Shown piece by piece: positions 44,279 to 52,679 of a DNA stretch of 64,000 nucleotides. The stretch comes from Rhodospirillaceae bacterium. GTDB taxonomy: Bacteria; Pseudomonadota; Alphaproteobacteria; Rhodospirillales; UBA2165. The stretch is taken from NCBI GenBank assembly GCA_947467145.1, contig CANIGJ010000003.1, positions 143,065 through 207,064 on the forward strand, read 5' to 3'. The first letter of the stretch is position 1. Each line of letters starts with the position of its first letter. Below the pieces are notes generated by a model, which saw nothing but the letters and a program-made list of their open reading frames with translations, did not search any database and had not been told where the DNA came from. The position numbers and the translations under genes were made by a program.

Positions 44279-45382
44279 TTAGACCTTGCGCGCCTCGAAA
44301 TCGATGCGGGGATCGACGATGTGATACATCACGTCGCCGAGGATGCCCATGAGCAGGCCGAGCAGGGTGAAGATATAAAGGGTCGCGAACACAACGGGAT
44401 AGTCGCGATTCACGACGGCTTCGAAGCCGAGCAGACCGAGCCCATCGAGCGAGAAGATCAGTTCGATCAGCAAGGAGCTGCCGAACAGAATGCCGATAAA
44501 GGCGCTGGGAAAGCCCGCGATCACGATCAACATGGCGTTGCGGAAGATGTGGCCGTAGAGGATGCGCTTTTCCTCGAGCCCCTTGGAGCGCGCGGTCAGC
44601 ACATATTGCTTGTTGATCTCTTCGAGGAACGAATTCTTGGTGAGGATGGTGAGCGAGGCGAAGCCGCCGATCACCATCGCGCTGATCGGCAGCACCATGT
44701 GCCACAGATAATCCAATACCTTCATGACGGTGTTGAGATCGTGCCAATCGGGCGAGACGAGCCCGCGCAGTGGAAAGATATTGAAGAAACTGCCGCCGGC
44801 GAACAGCACGACCAGCAAGACGGCGAACAGGAAGGACGGGATCGCATTGCCGATGATGACGATGACGCTGGTCCAGATATCGAAGCCGGATCCGTCGCGC
44901 ACCGCCTTCATGATGCCGAGCGGGATCGAGATCAGGTAAACGAGCAGGGTCGTCCAGATGCCGATGGAGATGGACACCGGCATCTTCTCGATCACCAGAT
45001 CGACGACGCTGCGGTTCTGATAGAAGCTCTGGCCGAAATCGAACTTCAGATAGTCGCGCACCATGAGATAGAAGCGCTCATGCGCCGGCTTGTCGAAGCC
45101 GTATTGTTTTTCGAGTTCTTGGATCAGTTTGGGGTCGAGGCCGCGCGCACCGCGATACTGGCTGTTATTGGCTTGGTTGCCGGACCGTTGGCCGCCTTGC
45201 GCCTGCTCGCCGCCCCCGCCTGAAACGCGCGCGGTTGCATCCACGGCCGTGCCTTGGATGCGCGCGATGGCCAGTTCGACCGGTCCGCCCGGTGCGAATT
45301 GAATGAAGACGAAATTGGTCAGCAGGATGATGAACAAGGTCGGGATGACGAAGAGCAGACGTCGGATGATGTAGGCTGTCAT
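44279..45382 (-). CDS. yejB: ABC transporter permease (YejB-type, oligopeptide family)
   Basis: 367 aa. MTAYIIRRLLFVIPTLFIILLTNFVFIQ is the DppB/YejB N-terminus. The EAA loop is ARSKGLEEKRILYGHIFRNA. Confidence 0.8.
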   Translation of the reverse strand: MTAYIIRRLLFVIPTLFIILLTNFVFIQFAPGGPVELAIARIQGTAVDATARVSGGGGEQAQGGQRSGNQANNSQYRGARGLDPKLIQELEKQYGFDKPAHERFYLMVRDYLKFDFGQSFYQNRSVVDLVIEKMPVSISIGIWTTLLVYLISIPLGIMKAVRDGSGFDIWTSVIVIIGNAIPSFLFAVLLVVLFAGGSFFNIFPLRGLVSPDWHDLNTVMKVLDYLWHMVLPISAMVIGGFASLTILTKNSFLEEINKQYVLTARSKGLEEKRILYGHIFRNAMLIVIAGFPSAFIGILFGSSLLIELIFSLDGLGLLGFEAVVNRDYPVVFATLYIFTLLGLLMGILGDVMYHIVDPRIDFEARKV

Positions 45383-45401
45383 CGCGGGCTAGCGTGCCGT
45401 T

Positions 45402-47246
45402 CTATTTCTTCTGAGCGTCGCGGGAACGCAATGCTTTATCCGTCGCCGGATCGATCCACCAGGCGGTGAAACCGAGGCCGTATTTCGGCGTCGTTTCGGG
45501 CCGGCCAAACTTATCCCAATAGGCGAGCCAATAGGCGCGCAGGTGGAATTGCGGAATCATATAGTGATTCCAGAGCAGGACGCGGTCCAGGGCGCGGGTG
45601 CGCGCGATCAGCTGTTCGCGATCGGGTGCGGCGATCACCAGATCGATCAGCTTGTCGATGGCGGGATCCTGAATGCCGACGACGTTGCGCCCGCCCGGAT
45701 CCTTGGCCGAGTCCGAGCCCCAGAAATCGCGCTGCTCATTGCCGGGCGACAGGGACTGGCCGACCGATTGCACGATCATGTCGAAATCGTATGAATCGGT
45801 GCGCGCCTGATATTGCGCGGTATCGACCGTGCGCACGCTCGCCTGGATGCCGAGACGTTCGAGGTTCTTGGTGAAGGGCAGCACGATGCGTTCGAATTCC
45901 GGCGAATTGAGCAGGATCTCGAAGGTGAATTGTTTTTTGGTTTTGTCGTTCAGCAGCTTGCCGTTGACGACCGACCAGCCGGCTTCCTTGAGCAGGGTCT
46001 GCGCCTTGCGCAGGCTTTCGCGGATATTGCCCGATCCGTCATTCACCGGCAGCTCGTAGGCCGTGGTGAAAACTTCCGGTGGGATCTGGCCGCGCAACGG
46101 TTCCAGGATTTTCAATTCGTCCGGTGAAGGCAGGCCGCTCGACGCCAGTTCCGAATTCGAGAAGTAACTCGTGGTGCGCGCATAGAGCCCATAGAACAGG
46201 TTCTTATTGGTCCATTCGAAATCGAAGGCGTAGCCGAGCGCCTGGCGCACGCGCTTGTCCTGGAACAAATCCTTGCGGGTGTTGAAGGCAAAGCCCTGCA
46301 TGCCCGTCGGATTTTCGTGTTTGACTTCGATCTTCTTGAATTGGCCAGCCGACAACGCGGGTGACTCGTAACTCGTCGCCCAGGCGCGCGACGAATTCTC
46401 GCGGCGGAAATCGTAATCGCCCGCCTTGAACGCTTCGAGCGCGATAGTGCCGTCGCGATAATAGTCGTAGCGCATCTGATCGAAATTATATCGCCCCTTG
46501 TTGATGGCCAGATCGGCGCCCCAGTAATCCTTCACGCGCTCGTAGGTGATGCTGCGCCCGGATTCGAATTCCTTGATCTTGTAGGGGCCGCTGCCGAGCG
46601 GCGGCTCCATCGTCGTCTCGTCGAATGTGCGGTTCGCCCAATAATGTTTCGGCAGGATCGGCAGCTGGCCGATGATCAGCGGCAGCTCGCGGTTCTCGCT
46701 GTCGGGCACGAAGCTGAACTTCACCGCGCGCTCGCCCGTCTTCTCGACCTTGATGACGTCCTTGTAATAGAAGCGGAAGAACGGCTGGCCCTTTTCCTTC
46801 AGCGTCTCGAAGCTCCAGATTACATCGTCGGCGGTGATCGGCTTGCCGTCATGCCACTTGGCTTGCGGGCGCAAGGTGAACGCGACCCAGGAACGATCGT
46901 CCGGCACTTCGATGGTTTCGGCGATCAGGCCGTACTCGCTGAAGGATTCGTCTTCCGAACTTTCCATCAGGGTTTCGAAGATCTGATCGATGCCGGCGGC
47001 GGGCACGCCCTTCAGGGTGTAGGGATTGAACGTCGAATAGGTGTTGCCGACGGCGGAGAGACGAATGCTGCCGCCCTTGGGCGCATTCGGGTTCACATAG
47101 TCGAAATGGGTGAAGTTCTTCGCGTATTTCGTCTCGCCATGCATGGCGAAGCCGCCGACGGGTTCGGCGAATGCCGCGATGGAGAAGAGGACGGTGGCGC
47201 AGGCAAGCGTGCCGACAAGGGTGACGGTGCGAAGTGAGCCGCGCAT
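45402..47246 (-). CDS. yejA: Extracellular solute-binding protein, family 5 (YejA-type)
   Basis: ORF 45402..47294 trimmed to the ATG at 47246, which follows GGAGAGGAA. The signal peptide is MRGSLRTVTLVGTLACATVLFSIAAFA. At about 614 aa it is the first gene of the yejABEF-like operon. Confidence 0.8.
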   Translation of the reverse strand: MRGSLRTVTLVGTLACATVLFSIAAFAEPVGGFAMHGETKYAKNFTHFDYVNPNAPKGGSIRLSAVGNTYSTFNPYTLKGVPAAGIDQIFETLMESSEDESFSEYGLIAETIEVPDDRSWVAFTLRPQAKWHDGKPITADDVIWSFETLKEKGQPFFRFYYKDVIKVEKTGERAVKFSFVPDSENRELPLIIGQLPILPKHYWANRTFDETTMEPPLGSGPYKIKEFESGRSITYERVKDYWGADLAINKGRYNFDQMRYDYYRDGTIALEAFKAGDYDFRRENSSRAWATSYESPALSAGQFKKIEVKHENPTGMQGFAFNTRKDLFQDKRVRQALGYAFDFEWTNKNLFYGLYARTTSYFSNSELASSGLPSPDELKILEPLRGQIPPEVFTTAYELPVNDGSGNIRESLRKAQTLLKEAGWSVVNGKLLNDKTKKQFTFEILLNSPEFERIVLPFTKNLERLGIQASVRTVDTAQYQARTDSYDFDMIVQSVGQSLSPGNEQRDFWGSDSAKDPGGRNVVGIQDPAIDKLIDLVIAAPDREQLIARTRALDRVLLWNHYMIPQFHLRAYWLAYWDKFGRPETTPKYGLGFTAWWIDPATDKALRSRDAQKK

Positions 47247-47328
47247 AGTGTTCCTCTCCGTTTCACGCATTGTGGTGGTGGGTGGCCGCAGCAATCAAGC
47301 CCTTGAGCCGAGGCTATTTTGTGGCGGA

Positions 47329-48108
47329 CTAGCCTTGGAGTAGCGCCAGGGCCTGGGCATGGAGCGCCGGATCGCCCGCCGCCAGCACGCGGCCGACCGG
47401 ATCGAGGGTCAGGGGCTTGCCCTGCCAATCGGTGATCTTGCCGCCGGCCCCTTCGACGATCGGCACCAGCGCGCACCAATCGTAGGGTTTGAGCGAGGCT
47501 TCGCAGACCAGATCGGCCCAGCCCGACGCGAGCAGGCCATAGGCATAACAATCAGCGCCATAGAGCGGGAATTTGACGGCCGCCGCGAGGCGGTTATAGG
47601 CGGCCTCGTCGGGGCCGACGAACATCTGCGGCGTGGTCGCGTACATCCAGGCCTCGGTGAGGGCCGCGCAGGCGCGCGTCTTGATCGGCTGACCGTTGAA
47701 GCGGGCTGGCTGACCGGCCACGCCGACCCAGCGCTCATTCAGCACCGGCTGGTCGATGATGCCGAGGACGGGCGTGCCGCGATGGGTGAGCGCGATCAGG
47801 GTGCCGAACAGCGGCTTGCCGGTGACGAACGATTTGGTGCCGTCGATGGGGTCGAGCACCCAGACATATTCGGCATCGATGCGGTCCGCGCCATGTTCCT
47901 CGCCGAGGATGCCGTGATCGGGCGCTTCCTTGGCGATGATGGCGCGCATCGCGGCTTCGCTGTCGCGATCGGCGATGGTGACGGGGCTGGCGTCGGCCTT
48001 GTCGAGGATCGCAGCGCCACTGCGGAAGTGGCGCTTGATGATCGGACCCGCCGCATCGGCGAGCCGGTGTGCCAGATCGAGAAACGCGCCGGGTGTCTGC
48101 TCAGCCAC
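47329..48108 (-). CDS. hisN: Inositol monophosphatase family protein, probable histidinol-phosphatase
   Basis: 259 aa. The IMPase motifs are LGEEHG, WVLDPIDGTKSFVTG and WDWCALVPIVEGAGG. The pattern matches alphaproteobacterial HisN as I remember it. Confidence 0.65.
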   Translation of the reverse strand: MAEQTPGAFLDLAHRLADAAGPIIKRHFRSGAAILDKADASPVTIADRDSEAAMRAIIAKEAPDHGILGEEHGADRIDAEYVWVLDPIDGTKSFVTGKPLFGTLIALTHRGTPVLGIIDQPVLNERWVGVAGQPARFNGQPIKTRACAALTEAWMYATTPQMFVGPDEAAYNRLAAAVKFPLYGADCYAYGLLASGWADLVCEASLKPYDWCALVPIVEGAGGKITDWQGKPLTLDPVGRVLAAGDPALHAQALALLQG

Positions 48109-48128
48109 GGCCCGCTCGCGCGCTGGCG

Positions 48129-48662
48129 TTATTGCGGCAGCGGCTTGGGTGCGTCGGACAGGCTGTTCAGATATTTGATCACGGCGGCGCGTTCCGAGCC
48201 GCTCGACAGGCCGGCGAAAGCCATCTTGGTGCCGGGCGCGTAGGTCGCCGGCTTGGTCAGGAACGCTTCGAGGTCTTCGGCCGACCAGGGGCCGTCTTTC
48301 TTCTTCATCGCGTCCGAATAGGCGAAGCCCTGCGCATGGGCATGCGGGCCGCCATAAACGTCGAACAGGTTCGGGCCGACTTTGTTAGCCTGGCCTTTTT
48401 CGAAGGTGTGGCAGGAGACGCACTTCTTGGCGACGGTCTTGCCCTTCTCGATATCGGCCGAGGCAAGGCGGATGGGCAGCGGCTCGACCGGTTCCGGGGC
48501 ACCCTTGGGGCCGGCGGTGGCGGCGGCCATTTCGGTGCCGCCATGGGATTCGGCAGGCTCGACCGGCGGAATCAGGAAGTTGCCGAGTGCGTTGACGCCC
48601 CAGAGCAGCCACAGGGCCACCAGGATGGAGCCCAGAAAATTATTGGTACCTTTACCCCACAT
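48129..48662 (-). CDS. Membrane-anchored class I cytochrome c (CycM-like)
   Basis: It has an N-terminal TM anchor (LGSILVALWLLWGV), a Pro/Ala linker, the heme motif CVSCHTF and the distal PGTKMAF Met ligand region. Confidence 0.8.
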   Translation of the reverse strand: MWGKGTNNFLGSILVALWLLWGVNALGNFLIPPVEPAESHGGTEMAAATAGPKGAPEPVEPLPIRLASADIEKGKTVAKKCVSCHTFEKGQANKVGPNLFDVYGGPHAHAQGFAYSDAMKKKDGPWSAEDLEAFLTKPATYAPGTKMAFAGLSSGSERAAVIKYLNSLSDAPKPLPQ

Positions 48663-48790
48663 CGGCCGGATTCCTCAGACTTCGGTTCGCCTGCGTCGAG
48701 TGTATAGCGTTTGGCGCGCGTCCTGTACAGCGGGGGTCGCAGGGTCTAAAAGAACGCGATTCCGAACCCGGATTCAGAGGCTTAGGACCC

Positions 48791-49651
48791 ATGGGCGACG
48801 CTACCAAGGCAATCGCGTTTCAAGGCGATATCGGCGCCAATTCCGATCTGGCCTGCCGGCGCGTCTATCCGGGCCTGACGCCGCTGCCCTGCACCACGTT
48901 TGAGGATATGTTCGCCGCCGTCCGCGAGGGCCGGGCCGATCTCGCCATGGTGCCAATCGACAATTCGGTGGCCGGCCGGGTGGCCGATATCCACCATTTG
49001 CTGCCCGAATCCGGTTTGCACATTATTGGTGAGCATTTTCAACGGGTTGAGCACCAGTTGCTGGCCGTCAAAGGCGCCAAGCTGGCCGATCTCAAATACG
49101 TCCACAGCCATGTCCATGCGCTCAATCAGTGCCGCAACACGATCCAGTCCCTGGGCCTGATCGCGACGGTCAATGTCGATACCGCGGCGGCCGCGCGCGA
49201 AATCGCCGACCGGGGCCAGAAGGAACATGCCGCCATCGCGTCCGAACTGGCGGGCGAGATCTATGGCCTGGATTGCCTGCGCCCCAATATGGAAGACGCC
49301 GAGCACAACACGACGCGCTTCCTGATCATGTCGCGCGAGCCCAAAGAAGCCGGCCCCGATTCGGGCGACGTGGTGACCAGTTTCGTCTTCCGCGTCCGCA
49401 ACGTGCCGGCGGCGCTTTATAAGGCGCTCGGCGGTTTCGCGACCAACGGCGTCAATATGACTAAGCTGGAAAGCTATCTCGTCGGTGGCGGTTTCATCGC
49501 GGCGCAATTCTATGCCGAGGTCGACGGTCATCCGAGCCACGCCAACATGCGTCACGCGCTCGAAGAACTCGATTTCTTCTCGCGTGAAGTCCGCATCCTC
49601 GGCGTCTATCCGGCGCATCCGTTCCGCAAGCAGCAAAGCGTGGCGGAGTAG
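48791..49651 (+). CDS. pheA: Prephenate dehydratase
   Basis: 286 aa. IAFQGDIGANSD, VPIDNSVAGRV, the TRF motif NTTRFLIM and an ACT domain with ESYLVGG / F.AEVDGH. Confidence 0.85.
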   Translation: MGDATKAIAFQGDIGANSDLACRRVYPGLTPLPCTTFEDMFAAVREGRADLAMVPIDNSVAGRVADIHHLLPESGLHIIGEHFQRVEHQLLAVKGAKLADLKYVHSHVHALNQCRNTIQSLGLIATVNVDTAAAAREIADRGQKEHAAIASELAGEIYGLDCLRPNMEDAEHNTTRFLIMSREPKEAGPDSGDVVTSFVFRVRNVPAALYKALGGFATNGVNMTKLESYLVGGGFIAAQFYAEVDGHPSHANMRHALEELDFFSREVRILGVYPAHPFRKQQSVAE

Positions 49652-49659
49652 CCCGCATC

Positions 49660-50073
49660 ATGGTTTTCGCCGGGATCAATTATCTCGCTATCGTCATTGC
49701 GGCCCTCTCCAGCTTCGGCTTCGGTGCGCTCTATTACATGTCCTTGGCGAAACCGTGGATGGCCGCGCTCGGCAAAACCGCCGACGAGATGAAGGCGAAT
49801 TCATCCAAGACGCCGTTCATCGTCACGATCGTCAGCGAACTGATCATCGCCTGGGTGTTGGCGGGCGCACTCGGTCATCTCGGCCCAGGCCAAGTCACCC
49901 CGCGCAACGGCATGATCACCGGCTTCATCCTGTGGGCCGGTTTCGTGATTACGACCATGGCGGTCAATCACGCCTATGAAGGGGCGAAGCGCACGCGCAC
50001 GCTCATCGACGGCGTGCACTGGCTTGGCGTGTTGCTGCTGCAGGGCTTGGTGATCGGCTTCTTCGGCGTTTAG
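49660..50073 (+). CDS. DUF1761 family membrane protein
   Basis: 137 aa with 4 TM segments. INYLAIVIAALSSFGFGALYY..LAKPWM is the DUF1761-like N-terminus as I recall it. Confidence 0.6.
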   Translation: MVFAGINYLAIVIAALSSFGFGALYYMSLAKPWMAALGKTADEMKANSSKTPFIVTIVSELIIAWVLAGALGHLGPGQVTPRNGMITGFILWAGFVITTMAVNHAYEGAKRTRTLIDGVHWLGVLLLQGLVIGFFGV

Positions 50074-50124
50074 CTGCTCCTCGTCGTCATTTCCGCGTAT
50101 GGCGGTATGACGTAGAGTGTCGGA

Positions 50125-50826
50125 ATGGAAATCGCGCTCGTTGATGGGCGTCGTAGTGCGCCTCAGCCTCGCTTAACTGGGCATTGCCCGGTCTGTGGCT
50201 CGATTGTCATCGCTAAATGTGGGACACAGCGCACATGGCATTGGTCCCATAAGGGCGAGCGATCATGCGATCCTTGGTGGGAAGAAACGGAATGGCATGT
50301 CTCTTGGAAGAGCTGCTTCCCGCAGGATTGGCGCGAGATTATTCACACTGCGCTGGACGGTGAAAAGCATATCGCGGATGTGAAGCTAGCGGACGGTCGC
50401 GTCCTCGAATTTCAGCATTCGGCGATTTCCGAAGAAGAACGACAATCGCGCGAAGCATTTTACGGATCGATGATCTGGATTGTGGATGGACGTCGGCGCA
50501 AACGTGACATTCAGACGTTCCAAACGACGCTGCACCAAACGAGTCGAGATCCCTTGGTCTATTCGGGATACAAAGAAGACTGTGCCCTGTTGCGCGATTG
50601 GGTGGGGCGTCCGGTGCATGTCGTCTTCGATCTGGGCGATCGGAAGGAAGACGTTGCAGCATTTGGTGCGACCGTTCTGTGGCAGCTTCATCCCGACCCC
50701 CAGGGGCAGGTGATCCTAACGCCGATCCCCAAGAAGGTTCTTATCGATATGTTGCACAAGGGTACTGCATTGCGGCATCTCCGCCGCACGCAGGCTCCAG
50801 CACCCAGACCTATTCGGCGCTTTTAG
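50125..50826 (+). CDS. CoiA-like competence/nuclease family protein
   Basis: 233 aa. The N-terminal Zn-ribbon-like part is CPVCGSIVIAKCG..R.WHWSH. It continues with ETEWH..WK, then HIADVKLADGRVLEFQHS (a PD-(D/E)xK-like D...E.Q motif). The gene is in a lower-GC segment. Confidence 0.6.
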   Translation: MEIALVDGRRSAPQPRLTGHCPVCGSIVIAKCGTQRTWHWSHKGERSCDPWWEETEWHVSWKSCFPQDWREIIHTALDGEKHIADVKLADGRVLEFQHSAISEEERQSREAFYGSMIWIVDGRRRKRDIQTFQTTLHQTSRDPLVYSGYKEDCALLRDWVGRPVHVVFDLGDRKEDVAAFGATVLWQLHPDPQGQVILTPIPKKVLIDMLHKGTALRHLRRTQAPAPRPIRRF

Positions 50827-51740
50827 CCCTCGTTCAACCAGCTATCGATCAGCCAGCGCGAGATCGAATAGGCCGGCGGCGGCAGCACGTTGTCGGTATT
50901 CGACATGGCGCGCACTTCGTCGCGCGTGCACCATTTGGCTTCGACTAACTCTTCGTCGATGCAATCGATCTCGGTCGTGACGGCGCGGGCGCGGAAACCC
51001 AGCATGATCGACGCCGGGAATGGCCAGGGCTGCGAGGCCTGATAGGTCTCGTCTATCGTCACGATGCCGGATTCTTCGTAGACCTCGCGCCGCACCGCCT
51101 GTTCCAAGGTTTCGCCCGGCTCGACGAAACCGGCGAGCGTGGAGAAGCGTAGGCCCTGGAAGCGCTTGTTACGCCCGAGCAGGCATTTGTCGCCGTCGGG
51201 ATGGGTGACCAGCATGATCACGGCGGGATCGGTGCGCGGGAAATGATGCTTGCCGCAGGCCTCGTTGAGGCAGACGCGCTCATGTCCGCCCTTGCCGGGT
51301 TTGGTGGCCGAACCGCAGACGCCGCAGAACTGATGCGTGCGGTGCCAGAAAGCCAGTGCACGGCCATAGGCGAGCTTGCCGGCTTCGACCTGATCGAGAT
51401 TGGAGGCGAGTTTGCGCAGATCCTCGAACATGGAACCGGCGGGCAGCGGCAGTTGCGTTGGATCTTCGTGATTCGACAGATCGATCGCGTAATAGGCCAC
51501 GCCATTGTCGAGCCCGAGGAACACTGTGCACGACGCGGCGTCGCACAGGGCCTGCGCGTTGCCCGCATCCACGAACACTGCTTGCGGCTGCGCACCGGCC
51601 ATCACCAGCGATTGATCGCGCCAGATCGGCACGATGCGCGTTTCGCTCGTCCCTGCATGGGCGCCGGACCAATCGGAGTCGCGACGCAGATGCGCCGCGC
51701 GGTCGATTTTGATGCCGTCGAAATAGAAGCGGAAGGTCAT
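50823..51740 (-). CDS. nudC: NAD(+) diphosphatase (NADH pyrophosphatase)
   Basis: Zinc ribbon FCGVCGSAT...CLNEACGKHHFPR. The Nudix box is GFVEPGETLEQAVRREVYEESGI. It also has the NudC-specific SQPWPFPAS motif. Confidence 0.85.
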   Translation of the reverse strand: MTFRFYFDGIKIDRAAHLRRDSDWSGAHAGTSETRIVPIWRDQSLVMAGAQPQAVFVDAGNAQALCDAASCTVFLGLDNGVAYYAIDLSNHEDPTQLPLPAGSMFEDLRKLASNLDQVEAGKLAYGRALAFWHRTHQFCGVCGSATKPGKGGHERVCLNEACGKHHFPRTDPAVIMLVTHPDGDKCLLGRNKRFQGLRFSTLAGFVEPGETLEQAVRREVYEESGIVTIDETYQASQPWPFPASIMLGFRARAVTTEIDCIDEELVEAKWCTRDEVRAMSNTDNVLPPPAYSISRWLIDSWLNEG

Positions 51741-51902
51741 GGGGATGTTAAATCACTCGGGCTGGCCCTACGCAATGTCATGGGCAATGTCGTGCGCAAT
51801 GTACGGGTGCGAACCCATTGCCCGGACGGGCGAATCATCCCTATATGCGACCTATATATTATGCTGCCTAAACCGCAGGCCAAAGAGCGCCGCCGCGAGC
51901 AA

Positions 51903-52493
51903 ATGGACGGTACCGTGCCTCATCTTGTTGGGTCTTTGCGCCGGGTTGCGGCGATTTTCACCTTGGCTGGTTCTTTGGCAGGGTCCTTGCTGCTGGGCGC
52001 CTGTTCGGGCCTGGTCGGTTCCGGCGACGTCTACGAATACGTCAATGTCAAAGGCACGGTCCTCAAACCGCAGGAAATCATCGACGCCGTCGATTGGGAC
52101 CAGGCGCTGGTGTTCGAAATCGACATCCGCCAGAACGAATTCCGCCCGATGATCGTCCACCTGTTCCAGGGTGAGCCCTATATCATGGTGATCGAGAACC
52201 GCGACGACGAGGAACATCTGTTCGCGGCACCCGAATTCTTCAAGACGACGGCGATCCGCAAGGTCGTGACCGAAAAAGAAGAGATCAAGGGCGTCAACCT
52301 GATCGCGCTGAACCTCAAGCCCGGCGAGATCAAGGAAGTCCATTTCGTGCCGGTGCGCGACGGCTGGTACGATTTCGAAGGCGGCGAGCCGTCCGGCCCG
52401 TTCCCCGGCCTGTTTTTCACCGGGTTCTACAACTCACCCTTCAGCCGTGGCGCACGCATGGGCATGATCGGCTCGTTTGTGGTCGAGCAATAA
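51903..52493 (+). CDS. Putative lipoprotein with cupredoxin-like domain (function unknown)
   Basis: The 3' part of ORF 51201..52493; upstream of it, that ORF is antisense to nudC. The start is the ATG at 51903 or 51861. The lipobox is SLLLGAC. The pattern F.P..IHL..G....+VI.N.D...H.F resembles cupredoxin-like domains. Confidence 0.5.
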   Translation: MDGTVPHLVGSLRRVAAIFTLAGSLAGSLLLGACSGLVGSGDVYEYVNVKGTVLKPQEIIDAVDWDQALVFEIDIRQNEFRPMIVHLFQGEPYIMVIENRDDEEHLFAAPEFFKTTAIRKVVTEKEEIKGVNLIALNLKPGEIKEVHFVPVRDGWYDFEGGEPSGPFPGLFFTGFYNSPFSRGARMGMIGSFVVEQ

Positions 52494-52553
52494 CGCGGCT
52501 TAGCAGGCTTAATGGCTTGCAAATCCTCCCCTGCGACCTGATATAGTTTCCTT

Positions 52554-52648
52554 GGGAGGCCGGCAGTGGACGGCTTGCTCGCCAACCCGGTCAGGTCCGG
52601 AAGGAAGCAGCCGTAACGAGTTTCGGCCGGGTCGTTGTCCGGTCTCCC
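52554..52648 (+). ncRNA. ffs: Signal recognition particle RNA (small bacterial 4.5S type)
   Basis: It contains the universally conserved domain IV sequence GGTCAGGTCCGGAAGGAAGCAGCC (52589-52612). The flanking arms GGGAGGCCGG / CCGGTCTCCC pair to close the hairpin. It lies directly upstream of dnaX, as in many alphaproteobacteria. The ends are accurate to about 5 nt. Confidence 0.85.
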
Positions 52649-52679
52649 ACTTCTCTCCCGCTCCAGCACACGGCTCGCC

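Noticed and set aside
51201-51860. The N-terminal 220 aa of ORF 51201..52493 (+).
   Set aside because: This part is antisense to the well-supported nudC gene and has no motif. Only the 3' part, downstream of nudC and carrying a lipoprotein signal, looks like a real gene.
52635-52679. The ORF-track start of dnaX at 52635.
   Set aside because: It would overlap the 3' end of the SRP RNA. The ATG at 52680 yields the conserved DnaX N-terminus.
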